64,000 nt of DNA from Candidatus Bathyarchaeota archaeon (GCA_963769425.1 CAVYLP010000002.1:96001-160000), one strand, 5' to 3'. Shown: positions 9,743 through 21,337, counted from the first letter of the stretch. Numbers and translations: made by a program. Notes: generated by a model from the sequence alone, not told the origin.

Positions 9743-11469
9743 TTACGCCATGAAGTATCGCTGGGCCAATGCTAACTCGGTAGCCGGCTCGACGGTGGCT
9801 ATCTCTCCATCCAGCCTAACTTCATAGGTCTCGGGGTCAATGGTTATCTTAGGCGTCTTGTCGTTCCACATCATGTCCTTCTTGCTGATGTTTCTGCAGT
9901 TCTTTACGGGTAGCATAGTCTTCTCTAGTCCGAGCTTTTCCGGTACACCGAGATCGATTGCCGCCTTCGATGTGAATGTGAAGCTTGTCTTCTTCACCGC
10001 GCGGCCCATTGCACCGAACATCGGTCGATAGTACACCGGCTCCGGAGTGGGTATCGACGCATTGGGGTCACCCATAATGCCCCAGGAGATGAAGCCTCCC
10101 TTGAAAACCATCTTTGGCTTCACGGCGAAGAAGGCGTCCTGGTACATTACAATGTCCGCGTACTTGCCGGGTTCCAGTGAACCAAGGTAGTCCGCGACTC
10201 CGTTGGTAATTGCGGGGTTGATTGTGGTCTTTGCGATGTACCTCATGGCCCTGAAGTTGTCGTTGTCGCCAGTTTCCTCTGGGAGCGGTCCGGTCATCTT
10301 CTTCATCTTATCGGCCGTCTGCCAGCATCTGATCACGACCTCACCGATCCTGCCCATGGCTTGGCTGTCGGAGGAGTACATGCTCAAGACGCCCTTGTCA
10401 TGCAGGACATCCTCTGCTGCGATTGTCTCAGCCCTTATTCTAGACTCGGCGAAGGCAACGTCCTCAGGAACAGCTGGGTTGAGGTGGTGACAGAACATCA
10501 GCATGTCCAGGTGCTCGTCGATTGTATTCACTGTATATGGTCTTGTCGGGTTGGTTGAAGAGGGCAGAGCATTCATTTCTCCAGCGATCTTCATAATGTC
10601 TGGTGCGTGTCCGCCTCCAGCTCCTTCAGTGTGGTATGTGTGGATCGTTCTTCCATCTATCGCTGCGATTGAGTCATCAACGTAGCCACACTCATTGATC
10701 GAGTCTGTGTGGATCGACACCTGGGTATCGGTCAGATCAGCTGCCCTTAGAGAGGCGTCGATGATTGCTGGAGTCGTACCCCAGTCCTCGTGGTCCTTCA
10801 GGCCACAGGCACCTGCTTCGATCTGCTCCATCTGAGTCGCCAACGAAGGGTGCGAGTCGTTTCCCTTACCTAGGAAACCCCAGTTCAGCGGTATGTCCTC
10901 GCGGCCTCCATCATCCTAGCGATGTTAAATGGGCCAGGGGTACATGTTGTAGCGTTAGTACCATCCGCGGGACCAGTGCCACCTCCAATCATGTTACAGA
11001 TGCCGTTGCTGATTGCATCAACGTACTGCTGAGGACTGATCATGTGTACGTGGGTGTCAAAGTGACCAGGTGTGCATATGGTGTGCTCACCCGCGGTGAC
11101 CTCTGTGCAAGCCGAGACAACCATGTCAGGATCTACACCATCCATCGTATTCGGGTTGCCAGCCTTACCGATCCCCGCGATCTTACCATCCTTGATCCCA
11201 ATGTCGGCCTTGACAATCCCCAGTACGGGGTCAATTATCACCGCGTTAGTGATGAGGAAATCTAGAGCACCATTCGCACTCGTGATTCCGGGGGTTTGTC
11301 CCAAACCATCTCTAACCGTCTTGCCTCCACCGAAGACCTCTTCGTCTCCAGGTGTGAGATAGTCACGCTCGACCTGTACGAATAAATCCGTGTCGGCGAG
11401 GCGTATCTTATCGCCCTTTGTCGGTCCGTAGAGGTCGGTGTATTGCTTCCGGGATAATTTAAGTACCAT
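9743..11469 (-). CDS. ureC: Urease alpha subunit, split by a 1-nt deletion near 10900
   Basis: [47 protein letters not shown]; adding one G (GCG GAG GAC) joins the two ORFs as [18 protein letters not shown], 575 aa. Confidence 0.95.
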
Positions 11470-11476
11470 TTTTCAT

Positions 11477-11887
11477 CTACGCTCCTTTAAACCCGAGTTT
11501 CTTCGCCTTCTCAATTGCGGCATCTTTGACCACTTTGGACTTGATGCTTCCCATCGTGAGGCTGTTGAACCCGAAAACCACCTTCTTTCCACCGAGTTCA
11601 CAGAGTTCGACTTCCTTTGTGTCTCCCGGCTCGAACCTCATGGACGTGCCTGCGGGAATGTTCAGATGGTAACCGAAAGCCTTCTCCCGTGGAAACTCCA
11701 TCGCACGGTTGACCTCAAAGAAGTGTGTGTGTGAACCTATCTGGATGGGTCTGTCACCAGTATTCTTGACAGTCATCTTCACTGTCCCTCTGTTCACGTT
11801 ACAGAGAACCGGCTCGTCTTTCAGCATATATTCACCTGGGACGAAGACTGCCTTCTTCACTTCTGTACTTTGCTTCGTTTGTGCCAT
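11477..11887 (-). CDS. ureB: Urease beta subunit
   Basis: NTGDRPIQIGSHTHFFEVN, LNIPAGTSMRFEPG. Confidence 0.97.
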   Translation of the reverse strand: MAQTKQSTEVKKAVFVPGEYMLKDEPVLCNVNRGTVKMTVKNTGDRPIQIGSHTHFFEVNRAMEFPREKAFGYHLNIPAGTSMRFEPGDTKEVELCELGGKKVVFGFNSLTMGSIKSKVVKDAAIEKAKKLGFKGA

Positions 11888-11899
11888 TTTTCATTTCAC

Positions 11900-12202
11900 C
11901 TATTGTATCGGATCATGGACGGTGACCAGCTTCGTTCCATCGGGGAATGTCGCTTCACACTGTACTGTGTGTATAAGTTCAGGTACTCCGGGCATTACCT
12001 CGTCGCGTTTAAGTATGGTTCGGGCTGACTTCATCAGCTCAGCGACGCTCTTTCCTTCCCGGGCCCCCTCAACTATGTAGTGTGCAATGTATGCATTGGA
12101 TTCCGGGTAGTTGAGTTTCAGGCCCTTCGCCTTTCTCTGTATAGCGATCTGGGCAGCGGTCCAGATCATCATCTTATCAATTTCTCTTGGTGCGAGCATC
12201 AT
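11900..12202 (-). CDS. ureA: Urease gamma subunit
   Basis: [25 protein letters not shown]. Confidence 0.97.
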   Translation of the reverse strand: MMLAPREIDKMMIWTAAQIAIQRKAKGLKLNYPESNAYIAHYIVEGAREGKSVAELMKSARTILKRDEVMPGVPELIHTVQCEATFPDGTKLVTVHDPIQ

Positions 12203-12281
12203 TTTCTTTTTTCTTCTCCTTCTTCTCTCATTACTTCTCCTTTTCTTTCACTTTTTGTTTAAACGAATTAGTAATTGGGTG

Positions 12282-13433
12282 TCATGGTCTTCCCCAGCCA
12301 ATTCCAAATGGTATGTACATTACGTAGGGAGCTGCGAGTAGGAAGAACCAAGTAGTGAAGACAAATGGTCCAGTCAGTGCAGGTAATCCCCACCTGCCAA
12401 AGAAGTTTTGTAGCGCGGGCATCGTGAATAGGCTACATACGACGGTTGCAATTACAGCGTAAAGGAATGACTGCAAAGTTAGGGGTAGGAAGCTGGTTAT
12501 GGCGATCATGACTAGAACTTGATTGAACCCGTGAATACCAGCCCTGATTTCTGTCACCGGGAGTTTTGCGAGGATGGCAAGGCTTACGCCGATGGCCGAT
12601 CCGATAAACGCCATAGCGCCCCCCAAGTAGAGCATTGAATAGGGGTCCCAGCCGGTTGTGAAAGCGTTAGTAAGGAGGCGATTTCCTACGAGTTCGAAAG
12701 AGAAGGTTAAACCTAGAACCCACATGAGACCGGTTTTCCAGTTCTCTACAAAGGTGACTTGTGAAATCCCCTTTAAAGTGGCCTTAACGAACTCCCAAGC
12801 GGTCCACTTGAATCCGGGGACTATTACTTGTTTCGGGTTTTCGCTGTTTTGGAGTAGATCATCTTGGTTCCGTACACCACTGGCTAAGTTGAAAATGTTA
12901 AGCTGTGATATAGTATGGGGAGAGACATCTGTCGATGTTGAGGGCCAGATATCATGCCCATATCTCTTTGAAGCGTACATCATGACCCAGGTTGTGAAAA
13001 TGAAGGAGGCGGTGAAACCAGGTATTGCCCAACCATTTCCGCCCAATACGAAGAAGTCACCCATAATGTGAGCAAAGGCCATCCAGATGAACGCCGTGAC
13101 CGCGGCGCCAATTAACGACATAATAAGTGTTGCTTTGTTAGATTTTGTGAACGGACCTGAATAGAAGGCCATCCCGGTTAGTATCGAGTTATAGCCGAAG
13201 AGCCCAAAGGTTACTAAATCATATGATGCGCCCATCATCAGTGCTACTGCTGCTCCGATGAGGCCGGAGACCGCCATCATAATGCCAGACTTTCGGGATG
13301 CAATGAAGACACCGGCAAGTATCAAGAGGCCATTGAGAGGCGAACTCAGCAGCGGGACTTCGGATATCCCGTTTAATAGAATATAGAAGAAATCTAAGAT
13401 AGGGTTGCCTGTGCTAAAACTAGGGGCAGCCAT
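12282..13433 (-). CDS. Urea transporter (UT/Yut family)
   Basis: Internal repeat GISEV/GISQV, GLFGYNSIL/GIHGFNQVL, LPALTGPFV; directly upstream of ureA. Confidence 0.88.
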   Translation of the reverse strand: MAAPSFSTGNPILDFFYILLNGISEVPLLSSPLNGLLILAGVFIASRKSGIMMAVSGLIGAAVALMMGASYDLVTFGLFGYNSILTGMAFYSGPFTKSNKATLIMSLIGAAVTAFIWMAFAHIMGDFFVLGGNGWAIPGFTASFIFTTWVMMYASKRYGHDIWPSTSTDVSPHTISQLNIFNLASGVRNQDDLLQNSENPKQVIVPGFKWTAWEFVKATLKGISQVTFVENWKTGLMWVLGLTFSFELVGNRLLTNAFTTGWDPYSMLYLGGAMAFIGSAIGVSLAILAKLPVTEIRAGIHGFNQVLVMIAITSFLPLTLQSFLYAVIATVVCSLFTMPALQNFFGRWGLPALTGPFVFTTWFFLLAAPYVMYIPFGIGWGRP

Positions 13434-13666
13434 TAACCCATTTCCCCCATATGAATCAATGTTTAAACCGCGTTCCAGTGGGAAATGGCGCTATTTATAT
13501 TCGGAGTTTTTTTTAATTATTAAAGATTATTTTATATTAAGTTTATTACAATTTATTGTTAATAAACTCAGAAAAAAAGGGGGTTAATTATTACTTTTTA
13601 AGCGTAATTCCCGACAATAGTTTATTTTATAATACATTTTCTGAGAAACGATAATTGAGACAAATC

Positions 13667-14218
13667 TTAGTTGATAATTTGGGAGTTATTAATTGCTATT
13701 GTTATATAATCTTCTCCAATTTCGGAAATAATATCGCCGTCAATAATTTCTTTCAACATACATTGAAAATATCCGTGTAGAAAAATACCAAATCTACTGT
13801 CGAAATTATGCTCTAAAATAAAAATTTTTTTGTCATCAATAGTTGAATATTTACTCGTGAACCAACCCCAATACTTCCCTAAAATATTTGTTACAAATTC
13901 TACAATATTTTCAAAATTTAATTTTTTATTCATTCCAGCAATGATAAGCTTTGGCCGAGTTGAACCAGCAAATGCTCCAAGAGAATCCAACTCCTCATCA
14001 TTTAATAAATTGATTATATGATTAAAAGTAGAATCAGTTAACGTGATTTTTTCTCTATCTCCGAAGAATCTATCATCAAAAATAAATCTACAAAGAATAA
14101 TGTTATGCAAAGCACTTACGGTTATTCCCCTTTTTTTCGCCTCCTCATCCAATATTTTTTCACAATCGGCGTCGATTCGAAATGTTTTTGTGATAAATTT
14201 CTTTTTGGTTTGAGACAA
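13667..14218 (-). CDS. Putative ribbon-helix-helix regulator with C-terminal domain
   Basis: N-terminal TKTFRID...LDEEAKKRGITVSAL RHH-like pattern. Confidence 0.55.
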   Translation of the reverse strand: MSQTKKKFITKTFRIDADCEKILDEEAKKRGITVSALHNIILCRFIFDDRFFGDREKITLTDSTFNHIINLLNDEELDSLGAFAGSTRPKLIIAGMNKKLNFENIVEFVTNILGKYWGWFTSKYSTIDDKKIFILEHNFDSRFGIFLHGYFQCMLKEIIDGDIISEIGEDYITIAINNSQIIN

Positions 14219-14292
14219 AGGGTAAGTAAATTTGATGAATAAATATCTATAAACCTTATTGTTAATTCTGCTTAGTGTGAACTGACAAATGG

Positions 14293-14456
14293 CAGCATGA
14301 CTACTATAATGCTATTACATCGACAACACACGTCACTTGGACCACCAAAACTGTTTGGAGATCCTTGTCGTGAAAGGTTCGGCAGAAATAGATGAATTGG
14401 CTCGAAAGGTCTATTCTATGCGTGGTATAAAGAACAAATCGAGCTCTCGATTCTAG
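14293..14456 (+). pseudogene. nikR: NikR C-terminal Ni-binding domain remnant
   Basis: Manual translation with one frameshift: QHDYYNAITSTTHV(H)LDHQNCLEILVVKGSAEIDELARKVYSMRGIK. Confidence 0.75.
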
Positions 14457-14796
14457 TCATAGTTGAATAGAAATGAGAAAGTTCGAAGTATCAAACCATT
14501 TTCATGTATGGGTTTGTGAATACGCGCTTTTGCTGACGTCATGAATCAAGTTACCATGAAGTAGAAGGTCACGGTCAAGCCAGAATTTCCTCAGTTAAAC
14601 CATCATCATTATTCTATGCTGCTCAGTCGAGAATGCAGCAATCGGAAATCTCGGCAGCGAGCTCTCAATGAGTGGGTTGCCATCACTAGCTAAGTGTAAT
14701 CCGCGCGCTAATCCGCGCGCATCGGCGACGGTAATAGGAATGGCAAAAGAGAATACAATTCTGCTATATACTTGATTAGCGTTGATGTAATTCTTT

Positions 14797-15036
14797 ATGA
14801 CTGAGATTAAGGTCGCTAAGATCGTCGATGCTAGTAATCTGTACTGTCCGGTACCAATCGTGAAGCTCTCTTCCGCGATGAAAGAGATTGCTGTAAACGA
14901 TATCCTGGAGATTAATGCGACTGATCCGGGGGTTTTTAACGGATATATCTCACTGGGCTTCATCAACTGGTAATGAAATAGTTAAACAATCAACATGGGG
15001 AGATACTTCAAATTCTTTATTAAAAGAAAGGCTTAG
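14797..15036 (+). pseudogene. tusA: TusA/SirA sulfurtransferase family, frameshifted
   Basis: IVDASNLYCPVPIVKL...ATDPG then shifted VLTDISHWASSTGNEIV...FFIKRKA. Confidence 0.75.
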
Positions 15037-15063
15037 GTACGCGCAGCGCGCTACGCAAATCCG

Positions 15064-17809
15064 TTATGGCGCTATAGATATATAATAGAGCTCGGTTAAT
15101 CCCTGACCCCCTGAAGCGAAGACTCCAACGTTGATAATGCTGGGGGTTGACCAAATAAACACAGTTCCATCAACTGCGAGGTCCTTATACTTCTGAAGGA
15201 AAGCCGAGACAACATTAAGAGAGTTATCTAACCCATTAGAACTAAGAGACGAAGAGCCAACATTGATGAAAACGTTAGGATTAACAGAAGTTGCATTAAC
15301 GATACGCAACCCAGAAGCCACAATCGCCTTGTAGACCCCCTGAATGAGGGCGGTCGTGGTATTGCTCGTTGGCGGAGCAAGGCTGAACAAATCGTCGTAC
15401 GCCGCCACAGCGTCGACGCCAGCACCAACGCTTCCAGACGTTGGATCTATCGCAGTCATAAAGGCTAGCTGGGTCACAACCCCCTGAGTCCCCGGATTAG
15501 TGTAAACTGCGACGAAGTACTCCAGAGTACCGCCGACCGAGTAGAGGAGATACGAGCCGAAACGATAGTTGGGGAGAAGTGTGAGCTCCGTCCTCACATG
15601 GCTATTAGTCGTGAGGGCATTCTCCGCCGCTGAAGGCCCGATGAAGGTGGCGTTAGACGAAGGCGTCTGATATAGATCGATCTGGCCAAGTCTATCCCCG
15701 TTATAAGCTATATAGACCCCTGCCAGGTTCTTACTCGCTGCACTTTGGAAGTGCGCCAGCTGCATCCCAACGAAGTAAGTTGAATTACCAACAGCCCAGG
15801 GGATGTACTGTACCGTATTATTATTTGGCCGCTCATAGAACTCTGATCCTGAACGCCACACAAATGGTTGATCAACGTGGTAAAGGAAGTCATAGTCCAA
15901 CTGGCCAGGGGAGTTTGGTGAACCAAGTAACTGTTCGGGATATCTTAGCTGGGGAATTAGCCAGTCAGGCGCTTTCCCCCAGCTGCTATAGTAACGAGAA
16001 TAGTAATCAGTTAGGAAGTCGTTTCCACCCATGCTGATAAGGTCGTACGTGGTGTACCCATGCATAGAGCCGTCGCTGATGTCCACGAGCACGACTCCGA
16101 AGAACCGAAGATATGGACTTGCCGAGAAGCCGGACTGTATCGGGTAGCTAGTGTAAAGCTGGACAACATAGTAAAGCCTGCTACCGTCCGTCGCCAAGTA
16201 AGCCGCCGGATCCATGGTGAGCCCGGGTATGAGCACGTCGCCCACCCTCTTGTAAACATCCCTATGCCACAGCATGTCGATGTTGTAGTTTGAGAAGGCG
16301 AACCCCAACTGGCCCTCGCCGAAGGTAAACCACATACTCTTCTGCCAACCACTTAGGGTGTAGTCGGGTTGACCTGAGAAGCTAGCGTTCTGGACCTCCT
16401 GGTAACCGGGCACGTGGACGTAGACATTCGTGTCGAAGCCGCCGCTAGGTGACGACTGTCCATAGTAAATTAGTGGCTCATTGCTTACGCCGAATGCCTG
16501 CTGGGGCTGAAGCTCGACTCCGGTGTGGGTGTTGATTACGAGGGTCCTTGAGGCGTGTGTGTAGATGAGGTGCTCGCTTATCCAGTCAGTTGCTGGGTAA
16601 CTCGGGACAGTGGGTGAAACCCAGTACTCCCCGTTGTTCAGGAATACGATCTCGGAGCTCGCTAGCTGCATCCAGTTGTAGGCACCGATCTCCTTAGTCA
16701 TTGTGACCGACGCTGACTGCCCATCCCACTGTCTTACGAGCCCAAGTATGGTTCCAGCGTTGCTTGTGGGTAGGTTCTGGAGCGTGCGGACACTTATTCC
16801 GTTTAATCCAGCTGCCCAATCAGTCACGGCTATGCTCTTCTGTGTCTGGGGGTACCACTCGTAGTTCAGGTAGTTGTTGTTCCAGTTCAGCTGAAGATAG
16901 CCTATGACTCCAGACATTGAGAGGAGGACTAAGCCCAGGAGGATGGGTGCAAGGATGAATCTGCTTCTAATCTTCAGGGGGGTCACCTTTCCCCCGTTTC
17001 GGACCAGCTGCGAGACTGAGAGGGCGAGAAGGAGCATCGTCCAGGCTCCGATGTACCAGTAGGGAGTAGCGGCGTTCATCGACCAATATGCTGCGTTTAG
17101 GATCAGAAGCGCGAGAAGTGAAGTTACTATGAGGAAGAAGTGCTCCACCCAGGTGTCTCTCCAGCTGAGTCCACTTGTTAGTCTTAGGCCTATGCCGAGG
17201 AAGGTTCTGATCAACATTCTGATGGCGAAGACAGATAGAATGAGCCAGGCGATGATGTAGATGATGCGGTACTGGGTCTCGAGTGTCGGCATGAGGTTGA
17301 CGAGTTCGGTTCCTGAGGCAGGGAGTAGCGGTAACATTATCACGCGGGGAAGGTTTGCCCAGCTGCCGTAGCCCATGGCGTTCAGCATCACCGGGTTCAT
17401 TATGTCCCCAAGTATGGGAATGGATCCGCTAGGGGACTATCATTGCGAACACTGCTATCCACTTTGTTAGCTGCCAGAACAGCCACGTTCTCATGCTTAG
17501 AGGAGTCTCCGATCTCTGTGTTGTAGGGGCTGATGATGCGAAGAATCCCCTGATGATCCTCAGGAGGTCACTGTGACCGATTTTGGGGTTTATCACCAAG
17601 AGGGCTATGAGTCCGGCTACCCAGAAGGTGTAGCCGTGGTAGAATCGTAGGTATACCCAATCCAAGCCGGCTTTGACTTGGTATACGTATTGGAATATGC
17701 TGAATTGGAGATATAGCCAGGCTATGTAAAATGAGGTGACTATTATCAGTATGGTGATAGATACTATCAGGATTCTTCTGAAAAATCTGAGCTCCTCCGG
17801 AGTCGTCAT
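15064..17809 (-). CDS. UPF0182 family membrane protein, split by a +1 frameshift near 17433
   Basis: WISEHLIYTH, PLIYYG, QLRYPEQL, FIGPSAAE; removing one C from CCCC joins ORFs 17429..17809 and 15064..17400 (IVPSGSIPILGDIMNP). Confidence 0.8.
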
Positions 17810-18075
17810 ATAAGTCTAAAGATTATACCCTTTTAAAAATCAAGCTAAACTGGTTCATAAAATCTGGGTTTACTATTTGTTTTTCGGGTTTTTTACGAAT
17901 TATGCGAAGTGCAAACTTATCGAATATCTCATTTGTGCGGTTTTCTCTGAAGTTAAGGAATCAGTATAACCGGCGCGCTTGTCGCAGCAGTCAAGACCTC
18001 TTCTGGCGGACACATTATAATAGAGCTCACAAAAAAGGCTAGGCCACATGATCTCTCGCTACCCAAGATAACGAG

Positions 18076-18345
18076 CTACACTACGAGAACCGGTACCTTC
18101 TTTCCCGCCGTGACCTTCTCAGCTATAGAGCCGCCTCCCCTTGATGCCTGCGCCAACGACTATCAGGTCGTAGCCCTCGTCTTCGGCTATATGCAGGATT
18201 GCCTTGGCCTCATCGTTTGCCTCATCAGTTCGGAGGTCATATTCGATGTCATGAACATTTAATTTATCTGCGAGATACTTGAATATCAGAGCCCCATTAT
18301 CCTCCTCAGCATTCTTCAGTTGTTCCATTATCTTTTCTGCCTTGC
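18076..18345 (-). pseudogene. Universal stress protein 3' remnant
   Basis: AILHIAEDEGYDLIVVGA then shifted GSIAEKVTAGKKVPVLVV-stop; N-terminus missing. Confidence 0.6.
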
Positions 18346-18689
18346 AAGTGCCGAATCGTGGTAGGCATAGAGTATTGGTAATGCGTCGCTTTAGACGACT
18401 TTGCAATTTTAATTGCCTTCTCAAGTGCTTTGTTTGAGGATATTGAGTCGTTCCAACCGACGAGAATCTTGCCACCTGGCTTAACCTTCGAAGCATTTTT
18501 CTCCAGTTACTCTCACGATCGAGGGTTTAGGGTATGCCTATGAATATATATTCATTTTAACCAAAAGTAATCGTAGTCTTGGCCGAGCGCGCATCGAGTG
18601 AGAAAAAGGGAGTATCCAATGGATTTGAAAAGGAAAGGATAAAATAGAAAGCTTCCAAAAAACCTTTGCGTAAGGATTGAAGTGTTGTT

Positions 18690-19110
18690 TTGGTATCAGA
18701 GAAAGTTATTCGGTTTCAGGGGAAAAATAAGGATCTGAGTCAGCTATCACAGCAGATCGTAAAGCAGCTCGGAGTGAAGGATACAAGACACAGGCACAAG
18801 TGCCCCTCTGGGGCAGATCATTCAAGCGAAAAAAGCCGGTGTTCTACGCGATATAATCACCGCCGATAGGGCGTTCAGTATTCTTATAACCGGGCAGCCA
18901 AACGATTTTTCGATTCACATTGGTATTGGAAAGTGGATCCAGAACCTCGCGGTCGCAGCTGTCGAGACGCTGCTTCTAACTTGGTTGTTCCTCGCCGTCG
19001 ATGTGCCTGAGATGCTCTGGACCCGGCATGTCGAGAAGGAGATCGTCAAGGAGATAACTCAGATCGTGGAAAACATGCCAACAACTGAGAACTGCTACGA
19101 AGAAGCCTGA
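18690..19110 (+). pseudogene. Frameshifted hypothetical protein
   Basis: Manual translation: MVSEKVIRFQGKNKDLSQL...QAKKAGVLRDIITADRAFSILITGQPNDFSIHIGIGKWIQNLAVAAVE...; indels near 18770-18800. Confidence 0.55.
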
Positions 19111-19400
19111 GTATAATCCTCCACCGATCCCGGGTGATAAATCACCGGATGATGTCGCGAGTGATCGCGATCACCCAAATCCGAATCCAAAGTAAAAAAC
19201 TTCAGTAGTCTTTTCCTGGTTCAGTGATATGGTCTTGGCCTTTAGGAGTATGGACGTAGGGAATCAAGCGTCGGCTTGAATGTTCAACCTTTAATCAAAG
19301 GAGTTTGCTTCAAATCTTATAATCAGACTTATTTATAATATAAGGGAAAAAAATGGACCTAGGAAACCACGCTATATTGGACTTGATTTAGCTACGGAGA

Positions 19401-19895
19401 TTACTTCGTGTGCGATCCGAAGGCTTCATTCAGTTTCGCCTCCTGCTCAGAGGATAGAGAACTGCGAATAACCTTTGGATGAAGCGGGTTGAGTGCCTGA
19501 ACAGCCTTATCAACGGTGACATTTGATGCAATGATCGCCAGAGCAGAGGTCCCAGGCGTCACGGATTCCTCGACCTGCTTCAGAAAATCTTTGCTAACAC
19601 CGTAATGCGCGAAGTGGCCCGCGATGGCTCCTGACACCGCCCCGATAGCAACTGCGCCTATCAATGGCACGAAGAATAATAGGCCGAATAGTAGTCCCCA
19701 GAACGCTCCGCCCATTGCACCGATTCCGGTAAGGTTGCGGATGTTCTTTATCTTAATCTTGCCATCGGCTTTTCGAACAACCTCAACCGCATCATTGAGA
19801 TTGAGAACATATTCATCGTTTAATTCTACCAGTTTTTTCCTTCCCTGATCTGCTCCATCTTCACTGGTAAATGCAAGTACAATCATATCTATCAA
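19401..19895 (-). CDS. DUF1269 family membrane protein
   Basis: DAVEVVRKADGKIK...GAMGGAFWGLLFGLLF...PGTSAL...SSLSSEQEAKL. Confidence 0.8.
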   Translation of the reverse strand: MIDMIVLAFTSEDGADQGRKKLVELNDEYVLNLNDAVEVVRKADGKIKIKNIRNLTGIGAMGGAFWGLLFGLLFFVPLIGAVAIGAVSGAIAGHFAHYGVSKDFLKQVEESVTPGTSALAIIASNVTVDKAVQALNPLHPKVIRSSLSSEQEAKLNEAFGSHTK

Positions 19896-20510
19896 AATGT
19901 TTTACCTTCAGCTAATATTTTGGAAGCGTTTTATATATGGATTGAGTGTACGATACAATTTTTAATTAACTCTTTAAATGTGGATTTCTCTACTGAATCT
20001 GAGTCGTTATGGAAGTTGCCACTGTTGAGAGTAAGAAGGTGAGGAAGCCTAAGAGGTATATCGAGAAGATTCTTAGGAGAGTTTTCCCGAAGAACCCTAG
20101 ACGGAAATAGGGAGACCTGAGCTTCTGTATAAGAATGCGCTGTACTAAGCTCATACAACATTCATGCTCGTGACCCAATCTAGAGAAGATTTTTTCATGC
20201 GAAATAATTAGCTACGCGCGCGATACTTTCAAATTCTATATCAAAAAGAAGGTTTAGAACATTTTTTCGCCTAGTTTCTTATTAACGATCTTCATACACG
20301 CCGCATGCGCATTTATCCAATCTTTACCTTCTAACTACGCTCGATTTCAGAGGAATTTGAGACCAGATCAAGGATTTTACGAGCGCGTGTTGTTTAAGAT
20401 AAGAATAACCAACTATCACTTTAATTTAGTAATAAGTTCTTTTTATAATTAGTAGAATCATAAATGATAAAGTTGTAATGACAACTTTTTTAAAAATTTA
20501 TTTTTATACT

Positions 20511-21185
20511 CTATTTTTCCTTGGGTGGCACCATCTCCCCCCCTCCATAGGCTGAAGCGGTATCTAGAAGGTGACCCCAACTTGGCAGGTGTTCTCTAAA
20601 CACCATCGCGTATTTCCACCCGACAGCCTCATCTCGACGCCAGTCAGCCTCTAACTCGGCCCCAATGGACCACCAATTTCTCACTTTAACACCTGATTGC
20701 GATAATGTTGCTATTGTGGCCTCACGTTCAAGAACGCTTACCGCACCAGATGCATCTATGACTGCGTGGACATCGAAACCCTCTTTTTTAGCATCGATTG
20801 ATGGAAACTGCAGACAGGTGGAATCACTTATACCAGCGATGATCAGTTTCTTTCTGTGGGTAGCCTCAACAGCCACCCGAAATGCCGGCCAGCGCCAAGC
20901 GTTGATTACTCCCGTTCGTCTTATAATTTGAACGTCAGGGAATAGAGTCTTCAACTCCGGAAGAATAGGGCCGTTTGGTCCGTAGTCCCTGCTTGTTGTG
21001 AGAACCGTAGGTAATCCAAAGTTTTTTGCGGTCTTAGCTAGACCAACTATATTGTTCTTAAACTCTTCGGGGGACATGTCTCGGACGATCTGCATCAGTC
21101 CGACTTGGTGGTCGATTAGTAAAAGAGCCGCATTCTGCGACGTGAGTGATTCGACAGGACCAACATTTTCTTCATATTTTGTCAT
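20511..21185 (-). CDS. Isochorismatase family hydrolase (YcaC-like)
   Basis: LLLIDHQVGL, GPNGPILPEL, INAW, AGISDSTCLQFP; start at MTKYEE. Confidence 0.88.
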   Translation of the reverse strand: MTKYEENVGPVESLTSQNAALLLIDHQVGLMQIVRDMSPEEFKNNIVGLAKTAKNFGLPTVLTTSRDYGPNGPILPELKTLFPDVQIIRRTGVINAWRWPAFRVAVEATHRKKLIIAGISDSTCLQFPSIDAKKEGFDVHAVIDASGAVSVLEREATIATLSQSGVKVRNWWSIGAELEADWRRDEAVGWKYAMVFREHLPSWGHLLDTASAYGGGEMVPPKEK

Positions 21186-21337
21186 TTTATCATTTCCTCT
21201 GGTATCCTGACTGTAAGAAAAATATTTTAACATGATGATATGTTTAGCCTCAATTACTAATTTGAAGGATCCCTCACACGAGGCGGGGGACAGTGTGAAG
21301 ATTAAAAGCATCTATTTCTATAATATTTTTGGTTAAA

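Noticed and set aside
10885-10905. Programmed frameshift in ureC
   Set aside because: No slippery heptamer or obvious stimulatory structure; similar single-base indels occur elsewhere in the window.
13474-13485. TTCCAGTGGGAA dyad upstream of the urea transporter as a nitrogen operator
   Set aside because: Orientation and spacing do not match GGAA-N6-TTCC; too short to support alone.
19931-20178. Short ORFs on both strands, including a 33-aa basic peptide on the plus strand
   Set aside because: No recognisable family, and I cannot choose between frames.
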